Shown here piece by piece: positions 34,325 to 39,338 of a stretch of 39,338 bases of DNA. A program made the position numbers and the translations under genes. Location: positions 1 through 39,338 of IMG/VR virus record IMGVR_UViG_3300034684_000358. One strand, written 5' to 3'. The notes under the pieces are model-generated. The model searched no databases. It was not told the origin of the DNA and saw nothing but the letters and a program-made list of their open reading frames with translations. The DNA is from a virus. Position 1 is the stretch's first letter; each line of letters opens with the position of its first letter.

Positions 34325-35170
34325 CTACCACCAAATCCAATCTAAATTTATATCCCTATTTAATAAAGCATCCTCATCCTCCATCCATTTGAAGGGAGGT
34401 GTATTTCTAGCTGGATGTAATATCCTCCTCTCACTCTCCCCAGCCAACAACTCCCCAATATTATGTCTGTAAACCTGCCTTGCAACCTGCCTCTTCAAAA
34501 TATCTGACAATTCGGCAACATCCTTATTCCCAGCAATATTCTCAATCTTGTATGGAACAGATGAAATAGCCTTAGCACTTTCCAAATACTGAGGCAAAAT
34601 AGTCCATCCAGTAAAAGGCCTGGGTGCGCCAGCTTTAACTAGAGAGGCGTGGGTTAATTCATGCAGCAGAGTTTCCACCTCTGTCCCAGACATAGGATCA
34701 CTCATGTGGATGGTGCCTGTGCGAGGATGCACATATGCCGAATAATAAGGGTCCCTTCCGACTGACTTCACCTCAATCTCACCAAGCGGGATTTCTGGTG
34801 TGGATGCCTTGCTAAATTCAGGCATCAACTCCCTCAATTTGGTTGTAGTGCCCTCTTCGGCACCCAGCAAATCCAGCAAAGCCCGCTCCACAGCAGCAAA
34901 TTTTTCTGGTTCGGATATATCAGGATCTGCTAGTTCAAATACTTTTATTGGCGTATTTTTAAACCCAGCTTGCTTGAAGAGCTGCCTCAATCCCATCTTT
35001 TGTGGGAGGACAATTGGATTGCCGGCTGCACTCCCCAGCATAAATAGAGCAAGCAGATCTGGATCTGCCAAAACATCCAACAAACCAACCTTCTTTTCAT
35101 CAGCTAGCTGTAATTTAGCTGCCAGCTGTTCAGCTTTTCTGCGGTATTTTTCAGGTATTGGCGCTTGCAT
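34325..35170 (-). CDS. HExxH zinc-metallopeptidase-like protein, 281 aa (ORF open to 35284)
   Basis: Motif ETLLHELTHASLV. ATG 35170 follows GGGAG. The upstream in-frame ATGs (35284, 35227) lie inside a repeat unit and inside the predicted -10 box. Confidence 0.6.
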   Translation of the reverse strand: MQAPIPEKYRRKAEQLAAKLQLADEKKVGLLDVLADPDLLALFMLGSAAGNPIVLPQKMGLRQLFKQAGFKNTPIKVFELADPDISEPEKFAAVERALLDLLGAEEGTTTKLRELMPEFSKASTPEIPLGEIEVKSVGRDPYYSAYVHPRTGTIHMSDPMSGTEVETLLHELTHASLVKAGAPRPFTGWTILPQYLESAKAISSVPYKIENIAGNKDVAELSDILKRQVARQVYRHNIGELLAGESERRILHPARNTPPFKWMEDEDALLNRDINLDWIWW

Positions 35171-35225
35171 CTGATTTGGACTCCCATCATCCTGATGTGG
35201 GTAGTTTGCAGCTTCCTTTGCCCAC

Positions 35226-35254
35226 ATCCTAATTTGCAAATTGCAGATAGTCAA
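35226..35254 (-). promoter_or_regulatory. Candidate sigma70-type late promoter TTGACT-17 nt-TAGGAT, with the palindrome AATTTGCAAATT (35231..35242) in the spacer
   Basis: Read on the minus strand: -35 at 35254..35249, -10 at 35231..35226. The 12-nt perfect palindrome overlaps the spacer and the -10 box. Confidence 0.5.
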
Positions 35255-35255
35255 G

Positions 35256-35352
35256 GGTGGTGCAGCTGAAAATTGGTTTTGCATAAAAAGATGTTTAGGT
35301 GGTGCAGCTGAAAAGGTGTTTTGAAAATTGGTTTTGCATGAAAAGGTGTTTT
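35256..35352. repeat. Composite direct-repeat array A-B...A-C-B-C upstream of the late promoter
   Basis: A = GGTGGTGCAGCTGAAAA at 35256 and 35298. B = GAAAATTGGTTTTGCAT at 35268 and 35323. C = GAAAAGGTGTTTT at 35310 and 35340. Confidence 0.85.
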
Positions 35353-35635
35353 AGCGCACGTGGGGGCAATCCTCGGGCCAGGCCCCCCTAGGGCAGGGCG
35401 TCTGCGCATTAAATCAGATTGGAAAGCCGCCTTAATCCCGCCAACAAATCCGCCTTTTTCACGCCGTGAATCCGCCAGATGGCGGAATTTCCAATCTCCC
35501 TTCCAGGGAGGCATTTCTTCAAATATTTGATTCTACTCGCCATTTTTGATTTGGCACTCCGTTTGCATCATCTTTTTGGCGTAGTTGATTTGCTCTTTGG
35601 AAACTGAATCAGGATGGGCACCAAAGGAGGTAAAC

Positions 35636-36031
35636 ATGAAGCAGCAAGCACTAACAAAACTTCGCTACAGTGAGGATGCCTGGAGCCTCGCCATCCAGTT
35701 TAAAGATGGCGAAACCATCGCCATCAACCTAAAAACGTTCGCTGAAGAGGATCTCCGCTATTTGGCCCGTTTTGGGCTGAAGCGGATGATCCAGAATGCT
35801 GCGGCCCCTGTAAAGGAGCCCGACAAGAAGGTGACCGCGATGAAGAGGAAGGCCACCGAGCTTGCCGAGGGCAAGCTCTTTTCTGAGCGGTCCAGAACTT
35901 CCAGAACTTCCAGGGCCGAGATTGAAAGGGAGGCGGCCCTCAAGGCCGCCCTGGCGATGAAGAAAGCCGGGGTGCCGAAGAAGGTCATCCATGAGGCATT
36001 TCCCCAATTGAGCCAGGATGACCTAAAATAA
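35636..36031 (+). CDS. Hypothetical protein, 131 aa; first gene of the plus arm; distant paralog of 3501..3917
   Basis: ATG 35636 follows AAAGGAGG (track start is TTG 35585). G+C-rich. Confidence 0.8.
   Translation: MKQQALTKLRYSEDAWSLAIQFKDGETIAINLKTFAEEDLRYLARFGLKRMIQNAAAPVKEPDKKVTAMKRKATELAEGKLFSERSRTSRTSRAEIEREAALKAALAMKKAGVPKKVIHEAFPQLSQDDLK
35891..35913 (+). repeat. In-frame 9-nt tandem repeat (TCCAGAACT x2.5) encoding RTSRTSR
   Basis: Read directly from the sequence. Confidence 0.9.
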
Positions 36032-36032
36032 G

Positions 36033-36175
36033 CAAACTACCTTGCAACCGCCCATCCTGATTTAGTTAGAAGCAAGCTACCTTTTTGCTGATTTAGTTAG
36101 AAGCCGGCTTTTATTGCCGGCTTTTTTATTGCCTAAATTAGAAGCAAGCTACCTTTTTGCAGCTACCTTTTTGCA
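36033..36175. repeat. Cluster of direct repeats (iteron-like)
   Basis: TGATTTAGTTAGAAGC at 36058 and 36089. TTAGAAGCAAGCTACCTTTTTGC at 36066 and 36138. AGCTACCTTTTTGC at 36075, 36147 and 36161. Degenerate CTACCTTG copies at 36036 and 36270. Confidence 0.9.
36101..36127 (+). terminator. Rho-independent terminator after the first plus-arm gene
   Basis: Stem AAGCCGGC / GCCGGCTT with loop TTTTATT, followed by a T-run. Confidence 0.7.
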
Positions 36176-36185
36176 ATACATATTG

Positions 36186-36205
36186 CAACATCTAACAACA
36201 TCCAT
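36186..36205. repeat. Tandem 10-nt units CAACATCTAA / CAACATCCAT; inverted partner of 36497..36516
   Basis: Reverse complement of TAGATGTTGA (9/10 and 8/10 with flanks). Confidence 0.85.
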
Positions 36206-36224
36206 TCATCATCATCACAACTAG

Positions 36225-36239
36225 TCTCTCTCTCTCTCT
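36225..36239. repeat. (TC)n microsatellite, 15 nt
   Basis: Read directly from the sequence. Confidence 0.95.
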
Positions 36240-36242
36240 GTT

Positions 36243-36260
36243 GTTGATATCAACTGTTAG
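36243..36260. repeat. Left arm of an 18-nt inverted repeat, GTTGATATCAACTGTTAG; contains the 12-nt palindrome GTTGATATCAAC
   Basis: 17/18 complementary to 36441..36458. Confidence 0.9.
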
Positions 36261-36307
36261 ATTCTACCCAGCTACCTTGACATTGTATTGGACCTACCTG
36301 CCTGTCT

Positions 36308-36410
36308 TTAATAATATAATAATATAATAATATTATATATATATTATAATAATAATATTATTATAACAATATTATAATAATAATATTATATTATTATAAC
36401 AATATTATAT
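36308..36410. repeat. A/T-only low-complexity tract (two C residues only)
   Basis: Three tandem AATAATAT units (36310..36333), a (TA)5 core, and a 20-nt direct repeat ATTATTATAACAATATTATA at 36357 and 36390. Confidence 0.95.
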
Positions 36411-36440
36411 CAGCTTAGCACCACACAAGCTGCCCACTTC

Positions 36441-36458
36441 CTAACAGTTAATATCAAC
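36441..36458. repeat. Right arm of the 18-nt inverted repeat, CTAACAGTTAATATCAAC
   Basis: See 36243..36260. Confidence 0.9.
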
Positions 36459-36496
36459 AGCACAGGGGGGGAAAGCCTCATCTTGATGACGATGAA

Positions 36497-36516
36497 TAGA
36501 TGTTGATAGATGTTGA
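36497..36516. repeat. Tandem 10-nt units TAGATGTTGA x2
   Basis: Exact tandem duplication that overlaps the -35 box of the candidate promoter. Confidence 0.9.
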
Positions 36517-36541
36517 CACAACAACCACTTCAAATTACTCT
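36513..36541 (+). promoter_or_regulatory. Candidate promoter TTGACA-17 nt-TACTCT driving the HTH genes
   Basis: Perfect -35 at 36513..36518. The -10 at 36536..36541 keeps T1, A2 and T6. Confidence 0.45.
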
Positions 36542-36689
36542 AAAAACACAACAACCCAACCCATTGATTTCATTAACAAAAGAAGGGAGCCGCCGCATAA
36601 AATGCTACCACAAAACAAATCTCCACCACAAAGCCATCCACAACCAAAACATCCAAAATTAAATATCCAACCAGAAAGGAGCTGCACAA

Positions 36690-37022
36690 ATGCAAAGGAA
36701 AAAACAATTCAATCCGGAGGATTTGCTTACGACAACAGAAGCTGCAAACTTCCTCACAAATAACCTAAATTATCCCATCACACCAACCACGATGAATATT
36801 TGGCGAAGCCAGAAAAGGGGGCCTAAATATTACAAAAGCAAAAATAGGAGAATCTTCTACAAAGTGGAGGATTTAATTAAGTTTGTTGAGGCAAAAACAA
36901 ATCTACAAATGGAAGCTGTCAATACAGAGGAGGCTAAATTGTTTGATAAAATTGATTACATCCTCACGAATCAGCAAATCAATCAGCAAATTGAGGAAAT
37001 TGAGGAGTGGGAGGAGGATTGA
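36690..37022 (+). CDS. HTH_17 / excisionase-AlpA/MerR-type DNA-binding protein, 110 aa
   Basis: AAAGGAG upstream. LLTTTEAANFL...TMNIWRSQKRGPKYYKSKNRRIFYKVEDLIKFVE fits the winged-HTH Xis/AlpA pattern. Confidence 0.7.
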   Translation: MQRKKQFNPEDLLTTTEAANFLTNNLNYPITPTTMNIWRSQKRGPKYYKSKNRRIFYKVEDLIKFVEAKTNLQMEAVNTEEAKLFDKIDYILTNQQINQQIEEIEEWEED

Positions 37023-37024
37023 TT

Positions 37025-37639
37025 ATGGGAGATCTACTAACCACAAGGGAAGCAGCAATCTACCTCTCCAATAGATTGAATGAGAAGATAAATAGAGGGA
37101 GATTGGATGTGTGGAGGATGAGGGATCAAGGACCTCCTTACAAAAGTATTGGGAGGAGGATATATTATGATCTGGATGATTTGGAAGAGTGGATTGATGA
37201 GCACAGCTTGTGGATAAAAAATAATAGGTCAAGGGCAGCTGAAGAGAGGCTATCCGAATTGGAGAAAAACTTATTTGCACAATATACAGGAATAACAGCC
37301 CTCACAATAGCAATCACCAATTCTCCATATAAACTGAATGAGAGGTTCCACAACGAGGATGAGGAAATTAGATATGAGAAGATATACAATTATCTAATTG
37401 CAATGGCTAAGATGGGTGGCAGGCTAAAATTGAGGGATGGCATCCCGCAAATAAAATTGCAGGATGCAAGGGATGCCTGCATTGGGATATTTGCAAATGA
37501 GAAGGATGCGCACAAATTTATGCAGTATTATGGATTGTTGGAGGAAGCCTCGCCAAATAAATCTGCAAATGATAATGTAAGTTGTGAGGAGGATCTCACA
37601 CCACCAGCTGATCTAAATCCAGATTTGTTATTCACGTAG
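37025..37639 (+). CDS. HTH_17-type DNA-binding protein, 204 aa; paralog of the preceding gene with a ~140-aa C-terminal extension
   Basis: ATG 37025 lies 7 nt after GGAGGAGG. LLTTREAAIYL...LDVWRMRDQGPPYKSIGRRIYYDLDDLEEWIDE parallels the upstream protein. Confidence 0.7.
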   Translation: MGDLLTTREAAIYLSNRLNEKINRGRLDVWRMRDQGPPYKSIGRRIYYDLDDLEEWIDEHSLWIKNNRSRAAEERLSELEKNLFAQYTGITALTIAITNSPYKLNERFHNEDEEIRYEKIYNYLIAMAKMGGRLKLRDGIPQIKLQDARDACIGIFANEKDAHKFMQYYGLLEEASPNKSANDNVSCEEDLTPPADLNPDLLFT

Positions 37640-37651
37640 TGAAAATCACAT

Positions 37652-37681
37652 CACCACAATGGCAGATTTGCCATTGTGGTG
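37652..37681 (+). terminator. 13-bp stem-loop CACCACAATGGCA-GATT-TGCCATTGTGGTG after the HTH genes (weak U-tract)
   Basis: Perfect stem. The apical GGCAGATTTGCC is identical to the apex of the 3928 stem-loop. Confidence 0.55.
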
Positions 37682-37828
37682 TCCTTCCCAATTTGGCCAT
37701 CCTGCGCGCTGTAAATTGTTGAAATTACTACGAAAATTTTTTTGTTGACTCCACTCTTCGGGTGTGTTACGTGTTCGGTGTGCGGTGATCCACTCACCCG
37801 GGCACCCATCCTGCCCACAAGAAATATT

Positions 37829-37853
37829 CTCCCTCAGGGATGGGCTGAGGGAG
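37829..37853 (+). promoter_or_regulatory. Stem-loop CTCCCTCAG-GGATGGG-CTGAGGGAG in the leader of the zinc-ribbon gene
   Basis: 9-bp perfect stem ending 15 nt before the AGGAGG SD. Confidence 0.5.
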
Positions 37854-37880
37854 CTTGGAAGCCTGGCCAGGAGGAAGCTT

Positions 37881-38066
37881 ATGAATGAGAAAACAATACA
37901 GTGGCAATGGCTCTGTGAAAAATGCGGATCTCCCTCGTTTGTGGGGGAGATCCCCAAGCGAAATAGGGAATCAATGTGTAACTTCTTGGTCTCTTGGTAC
38001 AAGGGACTTTGTCCCAAGTGCCAAGCCAGCGATCTGGTGGAGCTTGAAAGAAGGAGGCTGAAATGA
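37881..38066 (+). CDS. Zinc-ribbon protein, 61 aa
   Basis: ATG 37881 follows AGGAGGAAGCTT. Contains CEKC...CPKC (two CxxC pairs). ATGA overlap with the next gene. Confidence 0.65.
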   Translation: MNEKTIQWQWLCEKCGSPSFVGEIPKRNRESMCNFLVSWYKGLCPKCQASDLVELERRRLK

Positions 38067-38743
38067 TTATGAAAATTCAACTGAAGGATAACGGCGGCCA
38101 GACAGAATACAGCTACATCCCCGAGGAGGGGATGTGGCTGAAATCCCAGGAGAAGGCCATCTCCAACGAGCAGGCCCTTTTGGAGGCCTGCCACTTCGTC
38201 ATCACCTCCACCAAAGCGAGGCTTTGGTGCGAGGACTCTTTTCTGGCCATCGAGGTATATTTCCAAGATGGCCAAAAGAGAGAGGTCGAGCTAGCCCGAA
38301 AGGGCTGGCCCGACTACGATGAAGCAGAAGCGGAAGCAAGGAATCTGCAGGAGCTCTACTTGCTCCTGGCGGATTCTGTCCAAAACCTCCAGCGCTGGTC
38401 CATGTCATATGATCTGGACCAGCAGTTCCTGTCGGAGGCAGCCAGGATTTACCCCTGGCTGGACTCCGAAAACATACGCACCTGCCTCACCGAGGCAGGT
38501 GTAGAAGATTGGGAGCACGCGGACTATTACAGGTCCGCGATCCCGAAGGCACAAAAAGCTGCCTCAATTCTGAGGCAGGCTGTGATCAGGCTGTTGTATA
38601 ATTCCCTCTCAGGGGAGGAAGATAGGGCCTCCCGGGTCAGGAGGAGGGTTGAGGATGCCCTTCGAAAAGGGCATCCAAACGAGCAGGTTGCTCGTCAAAT
38701 GCTGGTCAAGGCCGCACTAGAATTAGAAGTGCGGCTTGACTAA
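38063..38743 (+). CDS. Hypothetical protein, 226 aa
   Basis: AGGAGG lies 5 nt upstream. Coupled to the zinc-ribbon gene. G+C-rich. Confidence 0.8.
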   Translation: MIMKIQLKDNGGQTEYSYIPEEGMWLKSQEKAISNEQALLEACHFVITSTKARLWCEDSFLAIEVYFQDGQKREVELARKGWPDYDEAEAEARNLQELYLLLADSVQNLQRWSMSYDLDQQFLSEAARIYPWLDSENIRTCLTEAGVEDWEHADYYRSAIPKAQKAASILRQAVIRLLYNSLSGEEDRASRVRRRVEDALRKGHPNEQVARQMLVKAALELEVRLD

Positions 38744-38757
38744 CGAAGAAGGATTGA

Positions 38758-38781
38758 AGGGCGCCAGCCCAGGGCGCCAGC
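38758..38781. repeat. 11-nt direct repeat AGGGCGCCAGC x2 with a 13-nt period
   Basis: Read directly from the sequence, just downstream of the 38743 stop. Confidence 0.85.
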
Positions 38782-38823
38782 ATAAATACTGGGCAGCAAG
38801 GTCACCAACATTTAGACAAAGCT

Positions 38824-38862
38824 AACCCGCTAGGGCCTGCACGGCCCAAGCGGGTTTTTTGT
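38824..38862 (+). terminator. Strong rho-independent terminator
   Basis: AACCCGCT/AGCGGGTT outer stem and GGGCC/GGCCC inner stem, followed by TTTTTTGTT. Confidence 0.85.
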
Positions 38863-38893
38863 TAATCCCATTTCAAAAGGAAGGAGCCTCTCA

Positions 38894-39010
38894 ATGATAA
38901 AGGTAATTGCATTGCACGACTATTCAGACTACAAATACGGCGGCCTCAAGGTAGGCAATACAGGCGAGGAAGCCAAAAGCAAGGAGCAACGGCCCCGGCG
39001 AGCTTCTTGA
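38894..39010 (+). CDS. Possible small protein, 38 aa; not in the ORF track
   Basis: ATG 38894 lies 7 nt after AAGGAAGGAG. Product is MIKVIALHDYSDYKYGGLKVGNTGEEAKSKEQRPRRAS. Confidence 0.4.
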   Translation: MIKVIALHDYSDYKYGGLKVGNTGEEAKSKEQRPRRAS

Positions 39011-39157
39011 AAAGGTTAGGAGGCTTGGCCCCCGCCTGGTGTGTACCTAGCTAATAGGAGCACCAGACGTGGCTGTTAAGGGTGGGGCCTAGAGGTGGTA
39101 CAGCACTGCCCAGTTAAGGCAGACGCCCGCCACCAGCTTTCTAAAAAAGGAGGAGCC

Positions 39158-39338
39158 ATGGGACACCCTCATTATAACCAAAGACGCACCAAGGCGTGGG
39201 ATCGTTCTTATTTTCGCGATATCCGCGCCGAGGTGTCTGCGCAACAGGATAGGTGGCAGGCCATAGCGGACCGCCTCACAAAGATAGAAGAGACCATCTG
39301 CTATGCACAAAAAGCCGGTAGGCGTCCGGTCCTGTCGA
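39158..39338 (+). CDS. Hypothetical protein, 5' part; the ORF continues across the circular junction and ends at 270
   Basis: ATG at 39158 follows AAAAAGGAGGAG. The frame is continuous with ORF-track ORF 16..270 (MGHPHYNQRRTKAWDRSYFRDIRAEVSAQQ...). Confidence 0.7.
   Translation, partial: MGHPHYNQRRTKAWDRSYFRDIRAEVSAQQDRWQAIADRLTKIEETICYAQKAGRRPVLS
39218..39338. repeat. Terminal direct repeat copy 2
   Basis: Identical to 1..121. Confidence 0.95.

Noticed and set aside
35251-35514. 87-aa minus-strand ORF in the divergent control region
   Set aside because: It has no SD, and its C-terminal half is just the translation of the direct-repeat array and the promoter. It is kept only as an unexplained G+C-rich island.
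36225-36239. (TC)n microsatellite as a phase-variation switch
   Set aside because: It is intergenic and not positioned between the -35 and -10 of any promoter I could identify. It is noted only as a repeat.
36308-36410. Possible CRISPR array or satellite in the A/T-repeat tract
   Set aside because: The repeats are 8-20 nt of pure A/T without unique spacers, and there are no cas genes. The tract is interpreted as an unwinding or low-complexity element.
36500-36763. 87-aa plus-strand ORF in the non-coding region
   Set aside because: It has no SD, begins inside the tandem repeats and -35 box, gives a low-complexity product from the C/A-rich leader, and overlaps the SD-led HTH gene out of frame.
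36690-37639. Lysogeny module (excisionase-like HTH genes)
   Set aside because: No integrase, attP-like core, CI/Cro-type repressor pair or partition ATPase occurs anywhere in the 39.2-kb genome. The HTH proteins are treated as regulators or origin-binding candidates.
37646-38275. 209-aa minus-strand ORF
   Set aside because: It has a TTG start without an SD, in a G+C-rich region. It is antisense to two plus-strand genes that have strong SDs and an ATGA coupling.
39094-39134. tRNA-like hairpin (CTGCC-CAGTTAA-GGCAG with a 7-nt loop, flanked by GGTGG...CCACC)
   Set aside because: The loop has A rather than the invariant U at the position before the would-be anticodon. There is no T-arm (no GTTCRANNC-like sequence) and no acceptor stem. 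It is more likely a leader structure of the junction-spanning gene.

Overview
The window is a complete, circularly closed dsDNA phage genome. Bases 1..121 are identical to 39218..39338, so the unit length is 39217 nt, and one ORF with its own RBS runs across the junction. I saw no integrase, tRNA, rRNA, CRISPR array or transposase. All function calls come from motifs read by eye; no database search was possible.

The genome has two arms.
- The plus-strand arm runs 35636 -> junction -> 13802. It carries regulators, a block of ORFan early genes and a replication/recombination module: a T7-type ATP-dependent DNA ligase, a Cas4-like PD-(D/E)XK nuclease, an AAA_24/Sak4-like ATPase, a DUF669-like SSB, a ParB-domain DNA methyltransferase, a UDG-domain::3'-5' exonuclease::family-A DNA polymerase fusion and an SF3-like P-loop NTPase. 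It also holds an M15 peptidase plus holin-like pair.
- The minus-strand arm runs ~35170 -> 13836 and is a podovirus-style morphogenesis operon: HExxH protein, two receptor-binding-protein cassettes, GH24 lysozyme, large terminase, portal, scaffold, N4-gp56-like capsid, adaptor, nozzle-like protein and four internal-virion-like proteins.
- The arms diverge at 35171..35635 and converge on a bidirectional terminator at 13807..13833. Almost every gene has a GGAGG-type RBS, and many are translationally coupled.

Most interesting observations:
1. A ~650-nt non-coding region (36032..36689) holds a nested quasi-palindromic repeat architecture centred on a ~100-nt A/T-only tract, next to two tandem paralogous HTH genes. 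It is a candidate origin or master control element.
2. The late-operon control region has a composite direct-repeat array and a 12-nt palindrome inside a TTGACT-17-TAGGAT promoter.
3. A G+C-rich, terminator-bounded cassette is headed by a 57-aa ribbon-helix-helix gene absent from the ORF track, with a 17-nt palindrome just upstream. Its partner gene has a distant paralog at 35636.
4. Receptor-binding-protein plus accessory gene cassettes are duplicated and flank a four-gene insert.
5. Recurrent GGGAGGGC/GCCCTCCC stem-loops sit 8 nt upstream of the SD of the ligase and endolysin genes and could act as SD/anti-SD switches.
6. There are two unrelated muralytic enzymes on opposite arms, and a polymerase with an apparently unusual O-helix residue.
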